From Chlorokybus atmophyticus (lineage: Eukaryota > Plantae > Mesostigma and Chlorokybus algae): a DNA stretch of 64,000 bases. Both the position numbers and the translations under genes were made by a program. Location of the stretch: the NCBI GenBank assembly GCA_009103225.1, contig RHPI01001855.1, positions 62,001-126,000 of the forward strand, written 5' to 3'. Numbering within the stretch: position 1 is the first letter of the stretch; the number at the start of each line of letters is the position of its first letter. Positions 25,134 through 37,623 of this stretch are shown in pieces. The notes beneath the pieces are model-generated. The model had not been told where the DNA came from. It did no database searches and saw nothing but the letters and a program-made list of their open reading frames with translations.

Positions 25134-26782
25134 TTGGACTCGGAGCTTGCATTCCAAGCCTTGCATGCTTGCCCATCAGCTCATGCACTTGCTGCACCGT
25201 GCGTGCGTGGCATTTTTTGCTTGCACGCACTACATGGCAGGGTTTTGAGCTGATTGTGCATGCTAGTTAGTGCGTCCAGCTGCGTGCACACTTGCATGCA
25301 CGGTGTGGGTCGTTCTACACGCTGATTTGAGCATTACTTGTGTGTTCTTGGTGCACATACACAGCATTACACACGCATTGGCTTGTTGCTGCACCAGCTG
25401 CGCGTGTGCGTGTGTGTGCGCGCGTGTGCGCGTGAGTGCATCTGTTATAAGGACCTCACCTTGTGGTGTTGGCTCTAACCTTTGTGGCAATGGCTGAGCA
25501 AGAGCATACAGCAAGATGGAGGTATCTTGGGGCAATGATGTTGCTAAGACCACCCGACAGCTTACCACTTTGGTTGCCACGTTGTGTGAGCAGAGTTACA
25601 GCAACAACACGAGGCCAACATAGCTCAATGGCAACGGTCAAGTGACATCGTTGACTGTGCAATCCCAAGTAAGGGACATGTTGGTGCATCTGTTGATGCT
25701 AGTGTATAGAACCACGGAGAGCGTAAGCGTAGCCGTGAAGCACAGCACTGTGAAGCTGAAGCTGATGCTGCTTGGGGCCATGCTCTCATGTATGAGGGAC
25801 ATGAAGAGAGCAAGAAGCCATGTATACAACAGGGATTGCCAATGGCTAGCTTCTCTGTGGACGTCGATACGCAATGTGCTTTCAGGGACTTGATGTCACG
25901 CCTTCCCCAACCATGCAATGTCGCTGTGTGGGGGAACGAGTTGGGTGTACAGGTAGATACTCAATTCATGCAGCACGACTGCGTCGCAAATTTTGCACGG
26001 TGACTGACCAGGGATTGAGGGACTGACGGGTGCCTGACCCTACCTAACCCTGCCTGACATGTCACTCCTGAACTGTTGGGTCTGCCGTCGGCTAATGTGG
26101 ACTGTTGTTGACGGCCAACCGACGGTCGATGGGTACATGCAACGGCGGCCTGCCTAATATGGCAAGCACGTAACTTGCAGTGACGGCCAACCGCTGGTCG
26201 GTCATTGTGCCAGATGGCGACCTACCTATTGTGGCAAACAAGTCACTTCTCGGTAACTTATAGTAACGGCCGATTGTTGGTCGGCCATTGCGCGCGGCGA
26301 CTGCTTTTTGTAGCAAACAAATCACCTTTAGGTCATCATGTATAGTAACGGCCGACCGTCGGTCGTAGCCTAGCCGGCATGTTGTATGCGCGGCGGCCTG
26401 CCTGTTGTGGCAAGCAAGTCGCCTTTGAGTGACTTGTGGTGCCGGTCGACGTCGATCGTCACCTAACCGTGACACATTATGCGCGGCGACGGTCTTATAG
26501 TGACAAGCACGTGACCAGCAGTTCCTATTTGTCGCCGCGTACTGCCGGCAAGTCGGGAGTATTCGTTAATTATTGATAGTTGATTGCATCGTATGATAGT
26601 CTATCATTCGATGCAATTAACGTACCATTGACATAGTACGATGCTTCCATTGTGGCAATGGCACAATCGTACCATTACAAGGGTACGATTGTGCCATCGT
26701 GTCTTCGGCAATTCAAACGCCCAACGGCTTCAACACTGTCAAGTTCAAGTTGGACACTTGAATTGAGCGTTGTGCAGGGGCT

Positions 26783-26816
<34 letters not shown>

Positions 26817-27708
26817 TGGCGGTGGCGGCGGCGATCGACAGTAGGTGAGTCTGTCCGCTTGTGTGTTATAGTTGTGTTGTGCGCAAGTACACCTGCAGCC
26901 CAACCGCCCTTCTTGCCTCAAGGCGGCGGCTAGACCAACCAACCAGACCAGGCTAGGCCAGGCGGCGGCGGCGGCGCAGTGTGAGAGGCGGCGGCGATGG
27001 CGAGGTAAGCTTGCTTGTGTGTCATGACGTTGTGTTGTTCGCTCAAGCTAACCGCCTTTGCTGCCTCATGGCGACCAGGCCAGGCCGACCAGGCCAGGCG
27101 GCGGCGGCGGCGCAGGAGCGGAGGAGGAGGAGCGGCGATGAAGAATAGTATAGGGATAGTTGCAGTAGTAGTGGTAGACTACTACTGCAGGTACTTGTTG
27201 TAGCTTAGTGTAGTTTACATTGCGCATAGCAACGTTACAATTGTAACAGACTAACTTCATACTATCATATGTGTTTTTCCATAATCACGTTCACAGCATG
27301 ACACGCACGTGTAGTACCTAATTATGATGGAACGGTACCAATAGGTACCTTTTAAGGTACACATCAATAATGGCAGGTAACATGAGGTGCCTGTCAGTCA
27401 CGCTTAGGCAGCGTACGATTGCCGGTTAGTTACGCATAAGTACCTGAAGGTGACTGATGTGTAATTGACCAGTGCCTGACAGTCGAGCTCAGTTATCATA
27501 CAGTTGCCGGTGCGTAACTAACAGGTGCCTGTTAGTTACGCACAGTCACCTAATAGGGACTGAATTGTAACGGTTAGGGACTGATAGTAACGGAAGTTAT
27601 ACTCAGGTGTCTGTATCGAGATTACAGGTGGACTGAGCCACGACAGTCTAGCTGAGTATCCTCAGGTGCACGGCCGTTGCCAATATTTAGTCGGCCGACA
27701 GGGGAAAC

Positions 27709-30700
27709 ATTTTGCACAGTGTGCGGGCAAGTGTGTCTTGCTCAATGCACCTGTTGACGAGTTGTTAAACATGCTCAAGCACTATGTGGATTGCAAGAGC
27801 AAGAGTGCGCACAACACAAGTGCATGCGTGGTTGTACCCAAGCGTCCCTGGGTTGTGGACTCGCTTTGTTAAAGGCATGCAGGTTCTGGGAGAGGTCAAG
27901 CTAGGTAAGGGGCAGATGCGTGTGTTGTATGACCCCCCTGCCATACATGAGGTAAGTACTCTGGACTTGACTTGGTTGTTCAAGGCTTTTGTTGCGCATG
28001 TGCCGCATCTTGATGATAGACACGGGCACACCTAAGAACTTCGTGAGTGAATCTCTTGTGCGACGCTTAGGCATTCGTGTCAGCAAGTGTGATGACACGG
28101 TTGTTGCCTTGAACAAGCTTGAGATCCCCGTGCGGGGAGTTGTACGCTTGTCTGTGCGTGTGCAAGGCTATCATGCTCAGCTCAAGTGGTCATCCCAGTA
28201 GAGGTGCCAGGCGTGGATGTCATTGTTGGCAGCCATTGGGAGCAAGCATGTGGCTTACGTACAGACGCAAACACAAAACTTTGCAGTGTACGCACAGGTC
28301 GAGGTCGTGTGACGTTGCATGCAAATGGGCACAATGTTGCGCCCACTGTTAGCTCTGTTGATGATGCATCGAGTACAGATGTCTTATGTTCTTTGTTGAG
28401 TGCCATGCAGGTGAAGCGGGCTGTTCGCCATGGAGCTCAACCTCTTCTATTGCTCGTCCGGCCAGTCGGCAACGACGACACTTCAACCTCAATGGGTGAG
28501 ACCGGTGGCAAGCCACCAGACACGGCCCTTGAAAGTCTGTTGTCTGATGTGTTTCGAGCTGAACTGCCTGCATTGCCACCTGAGAGGGACGTCTGGCATA
28601 CGATCCCTCTAGAGTCTTATGCACAGCCTCCGTTCAAACCTGTGTATAGGCTGAGTCCAGCTGAATATGCGGACATGGAGGGGCAGATCAAGGCCTTGCT
28701 TGAGAAGGGATTGATTGAGCCAAGTAGCTCTCCTTTCGGAGCACCCATTCTTTTCGTACCTAGGAAGGACGGCAGGCTACGCATGTGCGTAGACTATAGG
28801 GCCTTGAACAAGCTGACCATCAAGAACAGGTATCCGCTGCCAAGGATAGATGATTTGCTTGATCAACTGAGCGGCGCCTCAGTGTTCAGCTCCTTGGATC
28901 TCATCAGTGGGTACCATCAGATCCGGATCACACCGGAAGATGTGCCCAAGACAGCGTTCAGAACACCTGTGGGACACTTTTAGTACAAAGTGCTGCCTTT
29001 TGGTCTGACGAATGCGCCGGCCACCTTTCAAGCTATGATGAACCGTGTGTTTCACAAGCTGATCGGGAAGACAGTGCTCGTATATCTTGATGATATACTT
29101 GTGTTCAGCAGGGATGCTAACATGCACGTCGCGCAAGTGCGCGAGATGTTGGAAACGCTATGTGCGCACCGTTTCTATGCTTACATGCCCAAGTGCGAGT
29201 TTGGCAAGAAGGAACTAGAGTTCCTCGGGCACATTGTGCGCAAGGAGGGCGTGCACCCTGACCCAAGGAATGTTGCTAAGGTCAAGGATTGGCCTAGTCC
29301 CAAAAATGTGCACGAGCTGCGCGCATTCTTAGTCTTGAGCAACTACTTCCGCAAGTACATTCTGGGTTACTCGTCGCGTGTTGCCCCTCTCACTGGTCTG
29401 TTGCGTGACAAGGTCGTGTGGAAGTGGTCACAGAGGCAGCAAGAAGCCTTTGCGTCCATCAAAGAGGCTTTGGTGACAGCGCCTGTGTTGCAGCTGCCGG
29501 ACTTCACCAAGCCCTTTGAGGTAAACTGTGATGCATCTGTTGAAGGCACTGGTGCTGTGTTGCTCCAGAGTGGGCACCCCCTTGCTTATGCTAGCAAGAA
29601 GTTCTCTCCTGTTAAGAGGAACTATACAACAACTGAGCAAGAGTTGTTGGGGGTAGTCCATGCGCTACAAGAGTGGCGTTGCTATCCAAAGGGGGTGGAA
29701 GGCGGGTTTAGTGTGATCACGGACCACAACCCCCTTGTTTTTTTTCAGACCCAACCAACCTTGTCAAGAAGACAAGCGAGGTGGGCTGAGTACTTGTTTA
29801 GATTCAACTTTACATGGGTTTACAGACCAGGGAGAGTGAATGTGGCAGACCCTTTGAGCCGTTCGCTATTGCTGTTGGCAGTGACAACACGTGCACGTGC
29901 ACGAAGCCAAGGGTGGGCACAAGCAAGTGATGCTAGTGCCAGTACTTTCGAGTTGCCAACTGTGCATGAGCAAGCTGTCAATGAGACACCAGTGGCAACA
30001 GAGACCAGCGAGATGCCAACTGAGCTCGAGAGAGCAGACAGTGAAGCACCGTTGGTAGTGCATGAGCCAAGTGGGGAGGACCCAATGGCCGTTGATGTGG
30101 AAGACGTTATACAGCGTTTGCCTAGTGCTTATGCACTTGACACATGGTTTGTTCAGTTGCTGAAGCAGGCAGACGACAAGATCACTTGTCACAAAGGCCT
30201 CTAGTACCGTGAGGGCAAGTTAATATTGCCAAATGCACTCGGCTTGAGGCAAGAGTGTTTGTTTGAGGCACACAATTCCGTGTACAGTGGGCACATGGGA
30301 ATGGCAAAGACCATCAAGCAGTTGCAGAAACAGTATTGGTGGCCGAGCTTGGATGCTGATGCATCCAAATGTGTCGCGTGTTGTGACACTTGTCAAAGAG
30401 ACAAGGCCTCGCGCAGGAAGCCAGCAGGGTTGTTGAAGCCCTTGGCTATTCCCAACTATCAATAGGAGAGTGTGAGCATGGATTTGATCACAGATCTACC
30501 TGTGACAAAGAAGGGACATAGTGCTGTCATTGTCTTTGTTGATCGCTTGACCAAGATGGTCAGATTTGAGCCCTGTCGCACAGACATTGATGCGCAAGAG
30601 TTTGCGTTTGTCTTTGTGAACTCGGTGTTTAGATCATACGGTGTACCCAAAGAGTTGGTGTCTGACCGTGACCCCAAGTTTGTGAGCCAGTTCTGGCAGG

Positions 30701-31581
30701 CTGTGTGCCGGTACTTGGGGACTAAGCAGAGCTTGAGCACTGCTTACCATCCACAGAGTGACGGACAGACGGAGCGCGTCAATCAGGTGTTGGAAGATGT
30801 GCTACGCCACTACACGTCACCCAAATTCGATGATTGGGATGTGTACCTGCCACTTGCTAAGTTCGCTGTGAACAATGCATGGCATGAGTCGCTAAGAAGC
30901 ACTCCTTTCTATCTGAACTACGGTCGTCATGTGTTGACACCCATGTCTCTAAATGTCGAGCCATTCAGCAAAGTGCCGATGGCTAGAGACTTCACAGAGA
31001 GCATGCATGCCTCGTTGGCACATGCAAAAGACTGCTTGAGAGCAGCACAAGACAGGCAAAAGATGTATGCCAACAGGCAACGTAGGCCTGGAGATGAGCT
31101 CCAAGTTGGAGATCAAGTGTTGTTGAGCTCGAAGAACACTCGACTCAAAACAAGCGGGGTACGCAAGTTGCTACCAAGATGGCTGGGTCCATTCCGCATT
31201 ACCGACAGTGTTGGTGACCGTGCCTTTCGGCTCGACTTGCCGAAGAGCATGCGAGTACATGATGTGGTTTATGTAGCACTGCTGAAACAGTACAAGAGTG
31301 ACGGTCCAGTGCAACCCCCTCCCCCTCCAGTTGAGGTTGAGGGCGATCTCGAGTATGAGGTTGAGGCCATTGTTGGCAAACGGTTCAGAAAGTACAAGAA
31401 GAACTTTTGGATCCAATACCTGGTGAAGTGGCTTGGTTATGGCGAAGAGCATAACACCTGGGAGGCGAAAACCAACTTGGCAAACTGTGCTGCCTTGTTG
31501 GAGGAGTTTGAGAATGAGCTCAAAAATCCACAGGTGCCACTTGAGAGCGTGTGCTCAGAGCTACTAGTGCTAAGCCTGTAG
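27709..31581 (+). pseudogene. Element 1 pol: Dam-like remnant, aspartic protease, RT, RNase H, integrase, chromodomain
   Basis: Motifs: [26 protein letters not shown], HxxxxxxH...CxxC zinc finger, DRDPKF, QSDGQTER, LPRWLGPF and chromodomain YEVEAIV..YLVKWLGY..EHNTWE. Internal TAG stops at ~28981, ~30202 and ~30463, plus frameshifts in the protease. Confidence 0.93.
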
Positions 31582-31800
31582 GAGCATGTGCGCGAGCATG
31601 CCCACAGCATCTTCATGTGACATACCAACACCGCATGCACTGGTACACAGTATCAGAGTTGGTTGTCACTCCCACGACTTGCACTACTTTCACGTGAAGC
31701 ACTGCCACTCAGTTGGGCCTGGCCTGCCTGGCTGCGGTTTGTGCGGGACTAGTGTCCCACCCTTTTGCAACGCGGTTGTTGCAATGCAAGTGGGGAGGAA

Positions 31801-32817
31801 TGTCACGCCCACATGGCAGGCAAAAGTCATTCTCTGTCCCTTACTTATGTGGTAAGTAAGATGAGACCAAGTGGGGACCCACACTATGCAAGCGTGTGTA
31901 GTGCTTGTGGGTGTGCTCTCATATAGGTCTGCTCTAGAGCCTGTGCGGCCTTGAGCATGATGAACTACACAAGGCATGATGGCAAGCACAGGGCTGATCA
32001 TAGCCGATGAGACATCATGTAATGTACAGAGACATATGTGTGCATATGTCCGCATGTGTATGCATGTGTTTGCATATGTGTGCACATGTACGCATATGAG
32101 TGCATATGCGTGCATGAGAGATATGTATTAGATGTATGCATGTATACGCATGCATGCGCATATGTGTGCATATGCGCGCATATGTATGCATAAGGATGCA
32201 TATGTATGCATGAGTGTGATGTCCTAGGCTGATGTGACCAGCCAAGGACGTTCACAACGTCCAAGGATGGTGAGTGTGATGTCCTAGGCTGATGTGACCA
32301 GCCTAGGGACGTTTACAATGTCCGAGGCTGATGTGTGATCAGTCTTGGGCGTTGAAAGAGGTGCAAGGGCTGATGTGGCAGCCCTAGACATGAGTTGTGG
32401 TCAATGCAGCCATGACAAGGCATGTAGCCTTGGACTTGGATGTTCTAAGTCGGAGAGCAGCAAAGAGAGGGTATATGAACGGCCTCAACATGTGTTGAGG
32501 CAGCTCAGCATGTGCATACTCGACTCTTGTGTGTGGGGTGCCTAGTTTAGTTGTTCAAGGGGCTCTCCCTCTCATCCCATGTGGGGTGTGATGTCCGTGG
32601 CAGCTTTGCACATGTGTGTAAAGTGTGCTTGAGTGTGTGAGTGTGTGGGAGCTGAGTAGAGAGGTTGGTGTCATCCTCTCCTTCCTTGATGCGGTGCTGT
32701 GACTTCCTCTGCAAGGTACTGCACCAGTGACGCTGGTAGGGCTTCCAGTAGTAAGTTCTTGTGCTTGTGCATAAGTTCGCCAAGCCGCCCAGCAAGTAAG
32801 TGAGTGGTATCGTTACA
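31801..32817 (+). repeat. 3' LTR of element 1
   Basis: Direct repeat of 24117-25133, preceded by a polypurine tract. Confidence 0.97.
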
Positions 32818-33108
32818 GTCCATTAGCTCCCTCTCTTTTTTTTCATCCTTGCCACTGAGTGTTTGGGTGCTCTCCTGCGCATCACTCCTGAGGTTGAAGG
32901 TATACGGTTACAAAACTCGGATGACCTGCAGGACGAGGCCCACGAGCTAAAGTACACAGGATACGCGGACGACACGGAGGTCTACATTGCTCTCACCCCG
33001 AGCAGCTTCCACGCCCTTCGCAAAGTCCTGGACCTGTATTGCTTGACCTCGGATTCCAGTCTCAACCTGAGGAAGTCGAAAGGCATTCTTCTTAGTCCTC
33101 CCTCGGAT

Positions 33109-33109
<1 letters not shown>

Positions 33110-33192
<83 letters not shown>
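33110..33192. repeat. Poly-C run (about 83 nt) inside the LINE ORF, followed by an N
   Basis: Seen directly. The length is unreliable and may be an assembly artefact. Confidence 0.8.
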
Positions 33193-36100
33193 NGGACCAG
33201 CTGTTCACCGAGGTGATAGCCAAGATGCGGCGCAAGCTTAACCTATGGTCGCGCCAGCACTTATCCTTGGTGGGGCGGGCTCTTACAGCCAACCAGACCG
33301 TCCTGTCATGTCTCTGATATCTAGCAGCGATAGCCTCTCCCCCAGCGACGGATCTCAGACAGCTGACCGCCAACTGCAGGGGGTACATATGGCGGCATGA
33401 CCCCGAGCAGCGTGCCAAAGGCCAGCAAGTAAACTGGCCCACTGATTGCTTGCCCAAGCGGCTTGGGGGCCTAGGGGTGCTGCACCCGACATGGCAAACC
33501 ACGGCTTTACTAGCCAAGTGGGCTGCCCGCTTGATGGACCCCACATGGGTGGAATGGAAGGTGCTGGGCTTTCATCAGGTTGACATGTGGGGTACTGAGC
33601 ACCTCCCCTTACGGACAGGCCTTTCTCGCTTGATACGCGGTACCTGAAGGGGCGGCCCTGTACGCTGTCGGCCTGCCCATTCGGCACCTTCCGGTGCATT
33701 GGCGCAACATCTTTCAGGCGTGGATGCAGGTCCGCCCTACTACGCCGTCACGAACAAATTTTGATGAGGTTTTAAGACAACCTCTCTTTCACAATGCACA
33801 CGTTGTGGACGCGCTCGGCCAGGTGGTGGGTGGCTTTCAACCTTCCAGGCGCTACTGGCGGCACTGGGCAGAGGCAGGCTTTCTCACGGTGGCAACGCTT
33901 TGGGATAGTGTTCTGCGTTGACCATATCCAGCTTCTACCCTTGCACTATGGGTGCCCTCGGATGCTAGGGCGGAAAAACACGAAGCCGAGCTGTGGAACC
34001 TCCTTCCGGCAGCTTGGCGCCTGCTGCTGCACGGCAGGAAAGGGTGTCCTACTGTTGGAGAGTGGTGGGGCCTTCTCACTCCTGATCACAAGGTCAGTGC
34101 GGCACTGCGTGCAGAGTCCACACACGGCCAGCTCTGTACCGGCTTGCTCTTTCCTCTTGTCGGCGATGAGGGAGACATCCTCGCCTCTCCCTCCTCGTTC
34201 ACGACGGGCATCTCCACGTTGCAGCGCATCCGGGTCTTGCAAGAGCCTGTGCGCTGGCGAGGCAATCCCGCCATCAGCTCCCCGGCATGGTTGGCATTGC
34301 CCGACACTCAACGCTACCTGGGGTGGCGTGTAGCGGGGGGAGCTCCCTTGCACGTCCTGCATATGGACCCGGCGTTGTCTGTATGGGGAACGCAGGCGTC
34401 TTCCCCGCAGCAACCCCTCTCGTTATGGGATTACACGATCAAGTTTGGCTACACCCTCCTCAGCACACCGCACGCACATCAGGCGCCCGCATTGCGCCGA
34501 TGGGATCCTGAGCAACACCCGGTATCGTGGCCGGCGCACTGGTCGCGCCTGCACAAGACACCCTTGGCGGCTCCCCTTTTTCCCTCTCCTTTTCCTAGCT
34601 CCTGTTTCACACTTCGTTTCCCACTTCTCACACACAACTCCGTCCAGTTTGGTTGACTCTTTGTGCATTGACTCTCTGGCACATCTGGGTGGCCAGGTGT
34701 TCGGTGATGTACTCAGGGTCCTCTCCCTCCTCAACTGTCATTGTGTGCTCTTTCGCTTCCAGTGTTCAGATTCGGGCCAAGGAGGGGTGGCTTCTAGTCA
34801 CGTCCTCGCCATAGGAAGACATTCGACTTGCTCGTTTCACAACCTTCACGGACTCGTGGGCTTGCCACTCTATCCTCTGCTCTACAACCTGGGCTTCTCC
34901 TCGGATACACTGGCATACACTAGATATTAGTGTTCGTGATGTGTTCTCTATTAATTAGCATATACTAGCCTTTTTGTCGCCTTCAACTCTTGCATGTTTC
35001 TTCTTAATACATTTCTCTTGTTTGGGTTTAAAAAAAGAAAGTGTCCCCCAGGTGTATGCCGCCAGCTGCTGCCTTCTTATCACATTAAGTGAGCTCCTTC
35101 ATCAGGATTTGTACATCTCCATCTTTGAATCAACATCGAGCGCGCAGTAGTCCATGCTGTTCTGCAGAGCTACTTTGATGTCGAGCACCATGTTGTCCCA
35201 AGAGATTCCTTCACGCTTCTTGGTCCGTCTAGCACTATTCCACTGTCTGAGTATCGCTTTGTAATAAGCGCTTGCTTTAGCCACAATGTCTTCATCGGAT
35301 TGGGTTGCCTAATGCTTCTCAGGCTGCTCTAGTGTTTTCAGCTTCTTCTCTGGTAACAATGAGCATACATGTTAAGCACCAGTGTGAGCAAGCATGAGAT
35401 TTGAGTTGAGAAGAAAATACAGCACAAAATTACCTACAGGCTGCAAGACAGGTTCATTCTCAGGCTTCTCTTGTCTTTTCATATTCTTCTCTGTTGAGAA
35501 TAAGCATACATGTTAAGCACCAGTATGAGCAAGCATGAGATTCATGAGAAGCATGAGATTAGAGATGAGAAGCTAAAACATCACAAAGTTACCTGCAGGC
35601 AGCTGGTCTCCAATGCGAACCAGTTTGCGCTTGGCAAGCATGATAAACAACCCAATAAGCCACTAAGCAAAATAACAAGCACAAAGAGAAACACAGACAA
35701 GAGGCCTTGATGCACGAGGCCTTAAGCACGAGGCCGCCCCTGTGCACCAACCAGCACAAGCATTATTCGTCGGACTGGGTTGCCTCAAGCTTCTCAGGCT
35801 GCTCTGGTGTTTTCAGCACAACAACAAGCACAAAGAGGAATACAGACAAGCGGCCTTAACACCGGTAATATCGAGACCCGCGGAAACTTGAACATTCAGG
35901 CTACGTGGTGTGAATATTCAGCTACTGTTGTCGCAATCGACCTTTTCACTTGCTTTTTGGGTGAATCTTCACCTGTACTCGTGCTATGTGTCCTACCCCT
36001 GCCAATATTAGATCACGGTGTCCACTCATATGTCAAGTGAATCTTTGGTTTTCTTGTAGGTGAAACGTGTCTGCTAATATAAGTTGTAAATGTTTACGTG

Positions 36101-36605
36101 CATATAGATTAAAGATTCACCGTCACTCACCTGCCACTTGACAATCCACTAACTACCCCCAACATTCATTGACAATGTGGATAAATCTTATATTTTGACG
36201 AACTTATGTATCACAGACATTGTGTAAAATCTGCGTCCTAAACCCGAATGATTGTGCATTGCATCATGTTAACTTTAATGAAAAATTATTATATTCCACT
36301 GCCAACTCATAAAAACATCATGTTGTGATTTTGATTCAGTCCTAAGTGTGAGTGAAAAACCAAGCTACTGCACTGTTGCATTCATGCTAATCAATGTGTT
36401 TACTAATACCACTAGTGTTTTACACAAGCCGCTTAGCTTAACCATAACCACCCTACGCATGGCAGCTATGCTTGCAGACTATCCATCAATCTTTGCAGGC
36501 TTCTTCTCAAGCTATCTGCTTCTTGAGGACGAAACCAATTACTTTGCAGCTGCGCACCACACAACGACATGTGGTTACTCAGCACATATTAACCAACAAA
36601 GTATG

Positions 36606-37623
36606 TCATGCATACACCTTCCACTTGAGGACATAGCACAACACATATACTTGTTGTACCTGTCGAAATATCGACGCGTTTTGCTCGATTGGACCAGCTC
36701 GTAACCCATCTATAAACTTGTCAAGATAAACCATGACAAACAAACCGCACGCAACTGCATCCTGCTGCTGAGGGACCTGCACAAACACGTGTCAAGACAT
36801 CCGAAACAAACGCTTGCCAAGACATGCACCTAATCAGCACTGGTGACCTTCTGAGGATACATGTAAGCTCATCACTAGTGCAGCATAACGTCTACTACCT
36901 GCGGTATCAGTAGCGAGACCTTGCCGTGAGAGAAGCGTCGCTGTGAGTCACTTCCATGCTTCCTACCCCACATGTAATCGAGGTAACCACGCATGGGTCC
37001 GTCAACGTTGCGATGTAGGTCAAGGGAGTCGAGATGCACGAGTAAGGGCGGTGTGTTGCTTGCGAGTTGCCCTCCAGGATTGCACACGAGCAGCAAACTC
37101 CAGTGAGTCCTGTTCACACAACTACAGTCATACCACGTTCCCAAGTACAGCAGCAATGCAGAAAGACATATAACCTTAACTTCGCGATTGTTCTCACCGC
37201 GCATCTGGGTGAACAATTGCTGTAAGCAAGTTCTTGGAAAACGGGTCACTCTCCCACCTGTCTAGCCTGTGATTATTTGCTGTGCCAGTCATTTTGTCTA
37301 TAGCATTATGCGATCTTGGTGTAGAAATGCGGGTGGAACAGCTTCACTTGTATGCCGTTTGCTCTGCCTGAGACTTCCTCTTCCTTATATCTACATGTGC
37401 ATGCCACGTACATATGAGACACACGAATAACACAGACACAACAAACCTCATACCTGCAAAAGAAGTGAAGAATGGTGTCATTGAGCTCCTGTCTGCCATC
37501 CAGCAACCTCCAGTCCATTTCAGGCACTGGCACCGCATCACGTGCACTTGCACTAGGGTAAATGAACAGTGGCTGTGGTTCGTCCAGCACCATGATATCA
37601 TCATCGCTACCCACGAGGTCCAC
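36606..37623 (-). pseudogene. Ulp1/SENP-like (peptidase C48) SUMO protease domain, multi-exon, with stops
   Basis: Motifs: LLDGRQELNDTILHFFCR, LFHPHFYTKI, THWSLLLVCNPG, LVHLDSL and VPQQQDAVACGLF. The His/Asp/Gln/Cys catalytic residues are recognisable. Confidence 0.85.

Larger units (their letters stand above)
24117..32817 (+). mobile_element. Ty3/gypsy chromovirus-type LTR retrotransposon 1 (decayed, 8.7 kb)
   Basis: LTRs of 1017 bp have TG...CA ends. The 5-bp TSD GTCCA sits at 24112-24116 and 32818-32822. A PPT (GTGGGGAGGAA) precedes 31801, and a PBS-like TTGGACTCGGAGC follows 25133. Domain order is PR-RT-RH-IN-chromo. Confidence 0.97.
23310..35036 (+). mobile_element. 5'-truncated, decayed L1/Tx1-like LINE (ORF2 RT part), interrupted by an LTR element at 24117-32817
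   Basis: Motifs: KAPGKDGL, NWRPITLL..YKILAK, QAGFV..RYI.DN, LDFEKAFDRLDW, VR*GCPLAP (restored across the LTR insertion), YADD, LSLVGR and LPKRLGGLG. The element ends in a short A tail at 35030-35036. It has stops and frameshifts, and no clear TSD. Confidence 0.9.

Noticed and set aside
25134-25146. Self-priming (Tf1-like) explanation for the odd PBS of LTR element 1
   Set aside because: No convincing complement of TTGGACTCGGAGC in the LTR. Two substitutions from the element 2 PBS explain it more simply.
26100-26520. Regularly spaced palindromic repeats resembling a CRISPR array
   Set aside because: The units are degenerate along their whole length, there are no unique spacers or cas genes, and the context is eukaryotic.
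24117-32817. Context-specific methylation or RIP-like signature in the LTR-LTR differences
   Set aside because: About 16 of 20 differences are transitions, but they are spread over CG and non-CG contexts and are too few to infer a mechanism.
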